A stretch of DNA of 22,047 nucleotides, from the NCBI GenBank assembly GCA_905330235.1, contig CAJNUA010000022.1:727027-749073 (forward strand), in the 5' to 3' direction. The DNA comes from Rotaria sp. (Eukaryota). This document shows, piece after piece, positions 1 to 11,050 of the stretch. Made by a program: the position numbers and the translations under genes. Every line of letters begins with the position of its first letter. The first letter of the stretch is position 1. The notes below the pieces were generated by a model. It was not told the origin of the DNA and did not search any database. It worked only from the letters and a program-made list of their open reading frames with translations.

Positions 1-801
1 TAGTGTAGTTAGTAATTCGTGTACAGCTGATTATATAGATCAAAACGCAAGAGAGAGAGAAATCTAGATTTTCTTCAGGTTTATATAAAATGAGAGAAAA
101 TGTCGGGATTGAAAGGGTTAAAGACAGAAGAAATTAATTATTTGCTTTATCTTTGAAAGGGGAGATAGGTACTTCATACTACTTTAATATAACATATTTT
201 ATCTAAAAGCGACGAAAGCGAGTAGTGACGTTTTTCTACTCTCTAAAATCTTTCATATTTTCTGTGTTGAAATAAATCAAGTGGCGACACTCGATCAATT
301 TTTTAGTCACATCCTGTACTTCTCTACGAGATCAACAAAAACCTGACAATCTTCCCAGAAGTATGATTGTGACTTGAAAACTTAGTCGACAGACATCACG
401 CAATACCCTATTACAATAATATGAGGAGTCGCCACTGAATCGATTTCAAGACAAATGGCTGAAATATATTAGAGGTGGACAGATAACCTTGTGCGCTCTC
501 ATTTTTAGAATGTTCGATACCTATGTATGAATACTTCGAGTATATTGTCCGGTTCTAAATCAGTAATTCATATTTCATGCAGTAATATATAACTAGATGA
601 CATTCGATTTTCGCTCGACTACAAAATGCGATGCGTAGTTTCCAATGCTGACAGACGGATAAGTCGACATTTTCTGAAAAAAATCAATACTCATTTCTAC
701 AATTGAATAGGATACATTTTCCTTGGAAAGATAACTATTCTACACTAGAATCACAATTTCCTTTTTATCGCTGCAAATCGGTTAAGTTACGTTTGGATGC
801 A

Positions 802-1200
802 TTAAATGATCGATTCCATCGGTCCAATGCTAAAGATGAAATGCATAAAGAAAAGAATTTCTTCTTCTTCTCCTTCGACATAACTGACGTCATAGATATT
901 TGCGGAAGCAGTAGTCGATGTTGATGGATTAATAGTTATTTCAAAGAGAATACCTATCAGATCGTGATCACTTAAATTACTGTGAGTAAAAGCAAAAGAT
1001 ACTTCTTGATCAAGACTTGTCGACAAGAAATTATTAAATGATAAAAGTTCATCTTGTATCTTGACTAATTTATCAAAATTGGTGTGTGACAATCCATGAT
1101 CGCGATAAACAGTAAGTGAATTTAAAGACGAACTTCCAAAGAACTGTTGAGTATGAAACTCCGCGATGTTGTTGTAAAGATCTTGGATAAAAGTCCCATA
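802..1200 (-). CDS. Mono-ADP-ribosyltransferase (R-S-E class, ART/ADPrib_exo_Tox-like) domain, C-terminal portion; terminal exon of an unmapped gene or a pseudogene fragment
   Basis: The minus-strand frame is open from 1200 to the TAA stop at 802-804. Translation: YGTFIQDLYNNIAEFHTQQFFGSSSLNSLTVYRDHGLSHTNFDKLVKIQDELLSFNNFLSTSLDQEVSFAFTHSNLSDHDLIGILFEITINPSTSTTASANIYDVSYVEGEEEEILFFMHFIFSIGPMESII. It carries the three ART motifs in the canonical order: aromatic-Arg (VYRD), S-T-S (FLSTS) and E-x-E (EGEEEEILF). There is no ATG; an in-frame TAG sits immediately upstream at 1201-1203, and its AG could equally serve as a 3' splice acceptor. The ORF-track entry 802..1092 is the same frame. Confidence 0.45.
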   Translation of the reverse strand, partial: YGTFIQDLYNNIAEFHTQQFFGSSSLNSLTVYRDHGLSHTNFDKLVKIQDELLSFNNFLSTSLDQEVSFAFTHSNLSDHDLIGILFEITINPSTSTTASANIYDVSYVEGEEEEILFFMHFIFSIGPMESII

Positions 1201-4200
1201 CTAGTTATGAGATTGACATTCATCATTCATAATGATCGATTGAGCATTGAAAACAAAACAAAAATTGGCTAGTATACCACCGAATTGGAAGATACAAATG
1301 GAATACTTGTTCTAGTTGGTCGACGGGTTTCAGTTCGCTAGCTCCGTCCTCGAAAAGTTGACGACAATACGGAACAAATTCATCAAAATGTTTTTTTCTT
1401 GGAAATCAATCGTTAATAAAACTTCTTTTAATATTTTTGTGTACATAAATGAAAGATATAATTAATCTAGGTTTTGTCTGCGATTTTTCCTCCTAGTGGA
1501 AACAATGCCAATGATGGTCAAGTTTTGATCATATCTGTGAGCAACTTGTTGAACTACTTTACAGATTGAGGCAATATCTGTAAACATATCGTTTGCTTTT
1601 TGTCATCGTTTCATCCAAACTTCATGTTGAGCATAGTCCTTGCTCCAAAATAAATTGTATTGATTTGTGAAATGTCATGAACGATATAAACTGTTGTTTG
1701 TTCCATTGCACTAGAAACGATCAGAAATTTTTTTTTTTCTTCTGGAAGTGCATGCTATTTTATCAATGAAAGGAAATAAAAATGAAATGGATTGATTTTA
1801 TATAGATTGTCGGATGTTTTTTCTAGATATTTCTATTTGTTTTCGATGGTTATTGTCATCCAAATTGTTTTTTCCCTTTTCGTTTCACTTGAGTACTTTA
1901 CTCCTATTTTCTAACGGTGGTTGTTTGTGTAGTGTCATAAGACAAAAAACGAGTGAAAAAAAATGATTCATTGCAATGTAGTTTCATACGCTGCGTCACA
2001 TTTCACTTCACTTATATTATGCGTAGAGGTTTTCTCTCTCATTCTCATTATGTTGCTGTAACTCGAGTGAAATCCTTTAATGTTCCTGCACTAGTTCCTT
2101 GATAGATCCAATAATGATTCTGCAAGAATTTACTGTCAGGATTCAGTTAAGATTCTGAGCAATTTACTAAGGTGTATAAAACCAGGAATTGGTTTAGAAA
2201 ATCATAAATCCTGAAATAAACATGTCGCAACAAAATGTCAAAGATTTTGACAGGTTTCGAAACAAGATCTTAAAAGAATCCTGAGCAGCTTTCGACAATT
2301 TTTGGATCAGAATCCTGCTAGAATTTCGATCATATCTAATTGAAAAAGAACTTTCTCTATACATCTTACGAAATTTTACTAGCTTTACTTGAGGATATTA
2401 TCAGATATTCTGATAGGAATCTTGCACGATTTGAAAACAAGAGCAGAAGAGAAATGAACACATAGAGTATCGGTCTCTAAACATACAGTTTACGTACCGA
2501 TCAGTTTATTTGACTGGAGCGTCCCATGCTATTATATGTAACTACAAGTTTCTATATCTTGAATTTAGACTAAATTGTTAGCGCTTATAGCTGAATTTTA
2601 TGTGAAGACAAAATATTTCACAAAAAGTTTAAATGTATAACATCATTTTAAACACTGCTATTAGTTTACAACAGTTCATTATTTTTTATAAAATTTCAAT
2701 GCAATGTAAAAAGTTTATTTCTAATTTTTTTCTACAAATAATCAAAACAATGAACAAACTTCACCAAATGATTTGTCTCTTACTGAAAATAGCTATTTAA
2801 TAAAAAGATTAGTGTAATAGCTAAAATGAAATTGATACCCCTAATTTAATAATTTTTTAAGCTTCTTTTCAGAATAAAAGCGCAAAAGTAACTGATATTT
2901 CTGACTTGAATCTCATATCACTTTTAGCATAAATGTTTAAGAGATGTGAAAATAAAAGTTTTTGAAATTTCGCTATAAGCTTTATATTTGTTTATTCCAA
3001 GATCTAATCATGATCAGGATAAAATCCTGGTAGATTCCTGAATTCTGTTAGGCTCAGAGCAAAACGTAATAAAAGTTTTCAAAAATTCTTCTATTTACAT
3101 TGATGAAATTTTACTTAAGATTGATATTAAAATTCATGTTGTGATCTAAAGATTTACAAATTTTTGACCAATCCTGAACAAAAATCAGTTAAAACCTTGA
3201 TAAAAACTTTACGTTTATCTTGACAAGGATCCGAATGCGAATCAGTTATAAACCTTCATATTGACACTTGAAATAAGTGTTCGTATTAATTTTTAATTCA
3301 CCACCAACAGGATTATGTTTCATTTTGTTTCGACTAATATTCTACAAACTTTCATGTGATTAAAAATAGAATCACAGAAGGCATTTAAGGCAGATATAGA
3401 AAAGGCAAATAAAACTAATGTTTGTAAATAAGATACATTTTCACCGTTACTAATATAAGTCTATAACTGATCACATCTGATTAACCGATGTTTCTTCTAT
3501 TCTTTGCGGAACCTAGATCGTTTTTCTGCTTGGTTAAGCATATCGCTAAGAGTTGAGATGAAGAAAAAACCAGAAGAAACTAGGAGAACGGCTCCAAACC
3601 TAGCATTTCCTTGAACGAATTAGAAGATTTGGTTACCTTGTCTAGAACTATTAATAGTAATCTTTTAGGAACTCATTACTTAATAAACGGTTAATTAAAT
3701 AAACTCAAATTAAAAAAAACAATTGTCAGTACGGTCCAATGCAGAGCCGAAGTGTGTAGCTCTCAACTTCTGATTGCTATAAAATTATCAAATAGTGTCT
3801 GAATGGCTAAAATAATTTATCAAAAAAAAATGCCAAATAAATGAATAAATCAAAATTAGAAGAATTTTAATGGTTAATAGAAAGCAGTAAATATCATTTT
3901 ATGCTTCGTTTCGTTGGTTCGACTAGTATATTAGTCCGCTATACATATTAACTTAATCGTTCAAAAAGCTTCCAAGTATATCATCTATCATCCTTTCTCT
4001 CGACGAACTTTGCCACATATCTTTGAATTTTGTCTAAGCTAATAGTTCAATTTATTCATACTTTTCCATGTCGATCCTATTCTGACAATGTTAGATTCAT
4101 AATATCACTGGTCTACTGATTGACATCTACAATAAGATTGTTTCGTTGCATTAAATACCAAAACTCGTCATATTTAGACTAGCTAGAATCTACAGTAGAA

Positions 4201-4795
4201 ATCTTAAGTTCATAAAATTCTTTGGAAGACTCTAGAAAGTCCCAAAATGATCTTAACACTGTCATAACTGACGTACCCTTTTCCATTCTCAATAATCTTT
4301 GGCTTTCCTTCTCTGGGCCTCGGTTGCTAGAACCTAAGGGGATAGTAGTAAAAACCTCAATTTCAACTTGCACTCACTATATTTTATTCAAAAACATATG
4401 TAAGTTCCACAACAATCAATATTGAACATAAAATAGGTTCGGATGAAAACAAATAATTATGAAAGGTATAATCTTGTATTTTTCTGTCATAATGAGTGAT
4501 TGTTGTATAAGATTGTCATTAAATAAAATTGAACAATGCTTCCGAAAAAAGCCAGGTAAATTAGATTCAAAACAGCTATCTACATAGAAACGAGCGGCAC
4601 GAATATGATTGGTGATTATCTAACAAATAAATGATCGTGGTAATAGTATGGAAAAAGAAAACAACAAATCATAGGTCTACAGAATGCAAAAAAAAAAGAT
4701 TTATGTTATATTTTGTGTGTGACAAATCAATATTAAACATAATACTGTTTTTATTCATAATACTCAATTTTGTATCAATTTATGATAAAAATTTT

Positions 4796-4810
4796 TTAAT
4801 TTTTCTATAG
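4796..4810 (+). promoter_or_regulatory. Acceptor-like ttaatttttctaTAG 50 nt upstream of the SLC35E-like ATG
   Basis: Pyrimidine run followed by AG. A short uORF (ATG at 4825) lies between it and the start. Confidence 0.3.
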
Positions 4811-4859
4811 AAAGTCAACAAAACATGAAAATAATCTTTCTATAAAATTAATCTAAGAA

Positions 4860-5064
4860 ATGCCATTATCAAGTTTATCTGAAGTTGTCCCAGATAAAGT
4901 GCATGTTTTACTTTCACCAGAACGGTTTGTAATTGAAGTTCCACGAGGTTTATATCATTCAATGGCAATAATAATGCTTATTGTTTGGTATATTTCATCA
5001 GCTGTAACATTATTTTCAAATAAATATATATTAAGTCATTTAAATGGTGATGCTTTTTCATTGG
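4860..5064 (+). CDS. SLC35E-like / TPT-family nucleotide-sugar (solute) transporter, exon 1
   Basis: Starts at ATG 4860 (MPLSSLSEVVPDKVHVLLSPERFVIEVPRGLYHSMAIIMLIVWYISSAVTLFSNKYILSHLNGDAFSLG). A hydrophobic TM helix follows a short N-terminal tail. Donor is GTATTG at 5065, phase 1. Confidence 0.75.
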
Positions 5065-5139
5065 GTATTGAAATAGAAAAATAAAAACATACTTTTCTTT
5101 TAATTAAAATTTCTTTTATTTTTCTCTTTTTAAATAAAG

Positions 5140-5406
5140 GTACCAATCAACTTGTTATATCTGTAATAAGTGGTTATATTCAAATAAAATTTATAAATAA
5201 ATATCATAATCAATTAGGCAAAAATCCACTTATTATCAAAAATGCATATCGTGATATGATGTTTATTGGTGCCTTTCGTTCTGTGACTGTTGTTTTAGGT
5301 TTAATTGCATTGAAATACATAGCTGTATCATTTGTAGCAACAATAAAATCATCTTCACCATTATTCACTGTTATTATAAGTCGAATTATGCTTGGAGAAA
5401 AAACAA
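5140..5406 (+). CDS. SLC35E-like transporter, exon 2
   Basis: Acceptor is aataaAG|gt. Encodes GTNQLVISVISGYIQIKFINKYHNQLGKNPLIIKNAYRDMMFIGAFRSVTVVLGLIALKYIAVSFVATIKSSSPLFTVIISRIMLGEKT. The KSSSPLF..SRIMLGEK stretch matches the conserved TPT-family segment (human SLC35E2 KATMPIWVVLLSRIIMKEK, recalled from memory). Donor is GTTAAT at 5407, phase 1. Confidence 0.8.
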
Positions 5407-5466
5407 GTTAATACAAATTTTTTTCAATATTTATTAAATATTAAGTTCAAAATGATTTTATTTTAG

Positions 5467-5587
5467 GTTATTGGACTAAATTTTCAATGATACCAATAAC
5501 AATTGGGCTTTGTTTGTGTAGTTCATTTGAATTAAGTTTTAATTTATTTGGATTTTTATGTGCATTAGGCACAAATATATTTGATTG
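5467..5587 (+). CDS. SLC35E-like transporter, exon 3
   Basis: Acceptor is ttttAG. Encodes SYWTKFSMIPITIGLCLCSSFELSFNLFGFLCALGTNIFD(C). Donor is GTAAGA at 5588, phase 2. Confidence 0.8.
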
Positions 5588-5920
5588 GTAAGATTTTTTT
5601 TTTTTTTTGAGTCTTATGAAGCATAAACTAAAACAAGGAGTGTTGAAGTATAAGACCAGATTATTAGACGTTGTAATGGACACTGGAGCAGCAATTTATT
5701 ATAAATTGTGACTAAAGATGTAAGAAATCAGGTTTTACTAGACCCAATTATACCCTTGACAAATCCAATCTAGAGAAAACTAATCCAGAATTTATTCATA
5801 TTACATTTAAAAAAATACATCAATACTTTTATTTACAAGAGAACCCCATCCGACTGATAATCTCTGTTTGAGTTCACATGTAGAATTCATAATGCAGATA
5901 AGAAGTCTGAAAGGATCCGT

Positions 5921-6264
5921 GTCATTAAGCCTTTTTTCTCGAGTTATAGCCATTTTACTGAACCTTCAATCTATTGTAGGATATACTGAGAAAAATTGCA
6001 ATAGGGAGTTTTGGCTTAAAATTCTCCTCAACAATAGTTCTCATGACTTTTATGGCATCCTGGAAATTTCAGCTCAAACGAATGTTTTCTTTCTGAGATA
6101 ACACATTTGCAAAAAACCGTTACTTTCACACAAGAATTCCATAAGAGGTATTGTTGAGGATAATTTCAAATTGAAACCCCTTATTGTGACTTCTCTTGTG
6201 ATATCATGTAATACGCTGACAGTTCACTGAAACGGTTATTACTCGAGAAAAAAAGCCTCATGAC
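5921..6264. mobile_element. Foldback / MITE-like element with ~40-bp terminal inverted repeats
   Basis: Left arm at 5921-5960 is gtcattaagccttttttctcgagttatagccattttactg. Right arm at 6225-6264 is cactgaaacggttattactcgagaaaaaaagcctcatgac. The right arm is the near-exact reverse complement of the left. No ORF. Lies inside the large SLC35E-like intron. Confidence 0.6.
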
Positions 6265-6464
6265 ACGAACTCTTTGAAGATTTTTATCTATACTATGAGT
6301 CCTAATCATTAGTAAAATATGAGCTCAAACGGAGGTTATCTAGCGAATGGCTTCCCTCGTTAGTTGACTCTACTAGTGTTTTGGATCATTTCGCTTCAGT
6401 TATGTTCTGATTGATATGATTTATAAGATAATTTGCTTCAGGGTACTTCTCTTTCTTTTCCGTA

Positions 6465-6910
6465 GTTTCTGGAGACAGCTCATCGAGAAGAATTTGAAAT
6501 TTTTAGAACCAATAGATCTTGACGTGTAAGGTAAAAGTTGTTATACACTCAGCATTTATGAGTATTATCTTCTATGAACAGCTAGGATTACAATGACCTC
6601 AATTTTCGCACCCATCTCTCCAATATGCTATGCTCGATCCAACTGAAAATTTTTTCACAAGCACTAAACACTGTTTGGGATGTATATTTGTTTTTGTTCT
6701 TTGAATAAAAAGGTCAAATTTGAAAAAAGCTTGTGCTTTTTTAATAGACCTTTTTTTTCTAAGAACTACCACAAATCAGCAGAACAATATTTTTTTTGAA
6801 TTAAAAAAATATCCATTTCAAACAGTGTATAGTATATATGAAAAAAGTTTCAGCTCGATCAGAGGCGCAAGGTCAGAGAAGCGGCGTGTTTCAGAACTCT
6901 TTTTTTCAAG
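6465..6910 (+). repeat. Dispersed ~450-bp repeat, copy 1
   Basis: About 75-80% identical to 7272-7775 over several collinear blocks: tttctggag..ctcatcgagaagaatttgaaattttt..agatcttga..aaaagttgttata.actca; ttttcgcacccat..tgaaaatttttt; ctaaacactgtttgggatg; ccacaaa.cag.g.ta..atatatgaaaaaa.tttc.gctcgatc. No ORF is conserved between copies. Confidence 0.7.
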
Positions 6911-7271
6911 AAAAAGTCAGATTGAGAAGAAAGTGTAACAATGTATAGCTTTCGATAATTTCTCAAATTTTTTAACGTTTACAGACAATTTTTCGATCTT
7001 AACACTGGCGATGGAATTTTTTGGAAAAAAATAAAATTTCTCTTTTTCTATACATTTGAACATAAATCAATCTACATTTCTATTTAATAAAAAATTTTTA
7101 TAAATCTGCGTGTTCAGAAAATTTTCAAAGCCCTATAGAGACAGAAACGTTTCTTACAAATGTTTTCGATTTTTGCAAGTTTTCCTGTAAAAGTCAATTG
7201 TGTTATATTTATTATGTGTTACTGACTATAAGAATAAAATAATCTATAGCTCACCTTAAGGTAACCCCTCC

Positions 7272-7775
7272 CCTTTCTGGAATTTCTTGAGAATGGCTCA
7301 TCAGAAAAATTTGAAATTTTCAGGGCAGATAGATCTTGATGAGTACAGCAAAAGTTGTTATAGACTCAAAATTTTCTGATGCTGTCTTCGATGAGATAAT
7401 AGAGTCCCAGCGTTGAAAAATGGCCTTATTTTTCGCCCCCATTTCTACAAGACGGTATGTTCAATTGAGCTGAAATTTATTTTTTACAGGTACTAGACAC
7501 TGTTTGGGATGGGGTATTTTTTTTAGTTCCTTTTTATCTTTTGTTGTTTCAATAAAAAAGTAAAAATACCGAGCCTACTCTAAAAAAAACGCTTGTTTCT
7601 TTTCATAGTGCTTTTCTTGTAAAGGCTACAAAAAGTCAACAAATTGATATTTTTCGAAACAAAAAAAAGTACCCACCACAAACAGTGTCTACTATATGTG
7701 AAAAAAATTTCCGCTCGATCGGACTTACTACGCCGGAGAAACGTGGGTGAAACAGTACTTTTTCTGTTAAAAATT
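7272..7775 (+). repeat. Dispersed ~450-bp repeat, copy 2 (same orientation)
   Basis: See copy 1. Track ORFs 6720..6938 and 7636..7869 fall in these copies and are not conserved. Confidence 0.7.
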
Positions 7776-8598
7776 TGATTTTGACAAAAACGCGAAACAA
7801 TTTAGAATTTTTGCTATTTTCGTTATGTAAATTTGATTTCTTCTCGAACTTTTTATAGCTTAACGACAATATTCGGGTCTCAAAATGTAGTCAGTAGATA
7901 AATACCACTTGGCAGTGTAAAACGGTCACAAAAAACCAAAAATTTTGAGTCAGGAAAGGGGTGAAGGTATCCTTAAACCAACAAGGTTCCTGATAAATGC
8001 TTTCATGAAAACCTATATTACATATGAATCTATATGTTTGAAAATACTAGGAAATCATTGTGATCTCACACGAAGTCACTCGTCCCAATGGGTTGATATG
8101 TACTCAGCAGATAGTATAATAGGCAGAAAAAAAACAAAAAAAAAATGGGTCACAAAAGAGAGGGTTGGTACCCTTAAAACCATAGAATATTTAACTATAA
8201 TCTTCAGCTTCAGCTAGGACAACTGTTTTTTCGTAGTCTCAGTCTTGACAACTTCTCTTTCCCGCGGTCATGTACATATGTAATCGTGATAGACAATGCA
8301 TGGAATGTGAAATTTAATTGTTTATTGTTCTCAGTTATGAAAAGAGGCAATCATAAGTTTATAGATAAGCTAAAAAGGGCTCTAAAATAGTATTGATTGA
8401 ACGTTTTCAACTGATCAATCGATTTTGAATTCAAATTCTGTGCCTCAAGTAAACTCAGTGAGATATGAAAAACCTCAAAAGAATCAGTTCTCCTTAGACC
8501 ATCTGTTCAGAGTTATAGACATTGTACTAGAATTTTAGATTCTGGCTTAATATAAATTAGGAAATTGAATAATATTATTTCGATCCGAGATTTTGCTT

Positions 8599-8813
8599 AC
8601 AGATAGGCCTATTTGTCAGTAAAATGTCTTGAAAATTTGAGCTCAAGAGAATGTTTCCTTCCCAAGATATTAAAGTCTCAAAAATCACTTATATTCGATC
8701 GAAAGATGTTAGAATTTTCTGATTTTTTGAAACTTTAATGTCTTGGAAAGGATATGTTCTTTCAAATATGAAATTTTCAGAGCATTCTACTAACAAATAG
8801 ACCTATCTATGGG
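8599..8813. mobile_element. Second foldback / MITE-like element, related to 5921-6264
   Basis: Arm 8599-8646 (acagataggcctatttgtcagtaaaatgtcttgaaaatttgagctc) is the reverse complement of arm 8771-8813 (gaaattttcagagcattctactaacaaatagacctatctatgg). It shares cattttactga and gagctcaa[ag]aGAATGTTTyC blocks with the first element and with 6068-6100 and 6320-6350. Confidence 0.55.
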
Positions 8814-9148
8814 TAAAGTCTCAGATTGAAATGCTGTCATCTGATTTGTTGGTATATACAAAGCCAGACGCTAAAATTTCAGTAAAATGCCTATAACTCT
8901 GGATAGAAAGACGAAGAGAATTTATCTTTTTGGTGCCTTTTAAATCTCAATAGGGTCTACTTTATGCATAGTGTTCGAATTCAAAAGCGACAGGTCAATT
9001 GAAAACGTTTCTTCATAAGTATTGAGTATATACAATATTGGTTTTAATCGATTTGTTAAATATTTCGCTCTATTAATAATAGGAATTCATTTATGTTTCA
9101 TATTTTTTATTTTACAAACATTGTAATAATAGAATATTTTTATTTTAG

Positions 9149-9406
9149 TTTACAAAATGTTTATTCAAAAATATTAATTAGCGGTGAACATTATCGTTAT
9201 TCAGCTGTTGAATTACAATTTTGGACAAGTCTTCTCGCATGCATTTTTCAATTGCCTTTACTTGTTTATTATGTTGATGTTCCATTAGCTTTAAAATTAA
9301 CTTCTAAAACATTAGCCTTTTTATATATTTTTAATGGACTTCTTTATCATATACAGTCAGTCGCTGCTTTTGCTATAATGGCTTACATATCTCCAATAAC
9401 ACATAG
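9149..9406 (+). CDS. SLC35E-like transporter, exon 4 (follows the 3.56-kb intron)
   Basis: Acceptor is tattttAG at 9147-9148. Encodes (C)LQNVYSKILISGEHYRYSAVELQFWTSLLACIFQLPLLVYYVDVPLALKLTSKTLAFLYIFNGLLYHIQSVAAFAIMAYISPITH(S). This joins in frame with exon 3 to recreate the conserved ..LQNxxSKxxL.. TPT segment. Donor is GTAAAA at 9407. Confidence 0.8.
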
Positions 9407-9464
9407 GTAAAAAACGATAGATAAGTCTTTTTTTGTGTTTATAATTAATTTGTTTTTTAATTAG

Positions 9465-9666
9465 TGTTGCAAATACGATTAAACGAGCGTTGTTAATATG
9501 GTTGTCGATTATTATATTTCATAATCCGGTGACATTTTTAAGTGGTGCAGGAACATTTATTGTTATTTTTGGAGTTATCATATATAATGAAGGAAGAGAT
9601 GTAGAGAAAAAGCCTGGGATATTAAATAGTGATAAGACTGCAATGCTTACATGGCGGCATGTTTAA
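9465..9666 (+). CDS. SLC35E-like transporter, exon 5 (terminal)
   Basis: Acceptor is ttaattAG. Encodes SVANTIKRALLIWLSIIIFHNPVTFLSGAGTFIVIFGVIIYNEGRDVEKKPGILNSDKTAMLTWRHV*, with TAA at 9664-9666. The SVANTIKR..L..NPVT motif is the hallmark C-terminal TPT/SLC35 signature. Confidence 0.85.
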
Positions 9667-9815
9667 ATATAAAAATATTCCTTAAATGAATTCCATGTGA
9701 TAGTTTATTCAATAGATTGATTTTATCATCACAATGAATACAACGATGTATGGCAGCATATATATATATTATATTAGTATTGAACATTTTTATTTGAATT
9801 TTTAATCTTTTATAA

Positions 9816-9840
9816 ATATATATATATATGTGTGTGTGTG
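9816..9840. repeat. Compound dinucleotide microsatellite (TA)7(TG)6
   Basis: The sequence atatatatatatatgtgtgtgtgtg lies about 150 nt downstream of the SLC35E-like stop. Confidence 0.9.
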
Positions 9841-10654
9841 AATTCACTTGTTAAATTAAAATGTCATTACAATATACAAATAGCTAAGCAATGCTTTGAG
9901 TATTGAATGTGATCTTAGTTCTACGTTTATAAAAGAAAGGTGATTGTTGATATTGATTTTCTTTTTTTTTTGCATCTGTTTCAACGCTGAAAGAAATCGT
10001 TTGATATGACTACTAAAAGTTGGCATGTGTTCAATTAATGAGAAATTGATGCTAAGTTATTTTATATTTAGTGAATTTCTTTTAGAACATCTTACATTAC
10101 AAATAAGAATTATTTCTTTTCAGAATTTAATATTTTTAAATTCAATTATAAAATAGATTTTTATTGTTGCTGAAAGAATAAGCGTAAAATATAACATTGA
10201 AGTTAAGTCATGTTTACTCAGTATTAGTAATAAAAATAATTGATTTATTTGCGATGAGTGTTTTTTTATTGAATAGCACTATTTTTTTTTTAGTTCATGT
10301 CATTCGAATAAATTTTCATGTACGTTGTATTGTCAAATCGACATAAGGATCTTATTAGCCGCAAGCAAAAAAGTAACTCAGCACTGCAGATAGGGAAGTC
10401 GAAGAGTAGTGAAGTTTCATAAAAAGGGGCACTGCTTAAAAAATTTTTAAAAACAGGGAAAAGTGTGTGAAAGAATTTCAGAATATGGGGAAGAAGTGAT
10501 TTCCTTGGTTACTCAAATATTTACATCCTCAGTACACTTTATTGTGCATGTGTCTGATGAGAATTAGTCATATTTAAAATTTCACTGTTAGGTGAAAACA
10601 CCAAAAATGTTTTTTTCTTACCACAGGGTTAAAATACTCAATGCCAGATAAGGG

Positions 10655-10731
10655 TCTTTGCGTTCTTCTCTTATTCACTCTCCTCTGAATTTGTTCTCCA
10701 ACCCTTGTTCTCTCTTTTTTTTACTTCACAG
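10655..10731 (+). promoter_or_regulatory. Polypyrimidine tract ending in CAG, about 240 nt upstream of the MVP-A ATG; candidate 3' splice acceptor (5'UTR intron or trans-splice site)
   Basis: tctttgcgttcttctcttattcactctcctctgaatttgttctccaacccttgttctctcttttttttacttcaCAG. A second site, ttttccttCAG, lies at 10933-10943, 27 nt before the ATG. Confidence 0.35.
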
Positions 10732-10969
10732 AAATAAATCAGCCTTACCCTGTGTCTATGCATTACTCGTTATTACCATTTAGACGTGCAATTTTGTTTC
10801 TGTCATTTCATAACTTTGTTGAAAATTGCTTTCTCTCTTTACTCAACCCTTTTCTTCTTATTTTTCATACACAATATATCTTGATTATGTTGACATCCTT
10901 GCTCATACATAAAAGGACCCCTATATCTTTCATTTTCCTTCAGATTCATACCACTAATAAAGAATAATA

Positions 10970-10994
10970 ATGGCAGATTCAAAAGTTACTGGTG
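10970..10994 (+). CDS. MVP: Major vault protein paralog A, exon 1 (short coding 5' exon, MADSKVTG)
   Basis: This is the only ATG that can be joined in frame to exon 2 (GTAAGA donor at 10995, 56-nt intron, phase 1). The exon-2 frame is open upstream but lacks an ATG. The start assignment is an inference. Confidence 0.5.
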
Positions 10995-11050
10995 GTAAGA
11001 ATTTTAATTTCTTCTTTTGTTCGTATTTAGTTCTACATCTTTAATTTTAG

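Noticed and set aside
274-445. Short inverted repeat tcaagtggcgac..cgatc (274-293) / gagtcgccactgaatcgat (427-445)
   Set aside because: Only a 9-bp perfect core (agtggcgac/gtcgccact). It is too short to call a TIR pair without genome-wide copies.
703-924. 73-aa plus-strand ORF overlapping the ART fragment
   Set aside because: It is antisense to the ART-motif frame, starts with a non-ATG codon in the track, and has no recognisable domain.
6720-8217. Track ORFs 6720..6938 (+), 7636..7869 (-), 7945..8217 (+)
   Set aside because: They lie inside the intronic ~450-bp repeat copies. The reading frames are not conserved between the two repeat copies, and the products are low-complexity.
10545-10610. 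CUGAUGAG ... GAAAC spacing reminiscent of a hammerhead ribozyme core (as found in some flatworm SINEs)
   Set aside because: The 32 nt between the two boxes cannot form helix II, and no helix I/III pairing or UH cleavage-site context was found. I treat it as a chance occurrence in the MVP-A upstream region.
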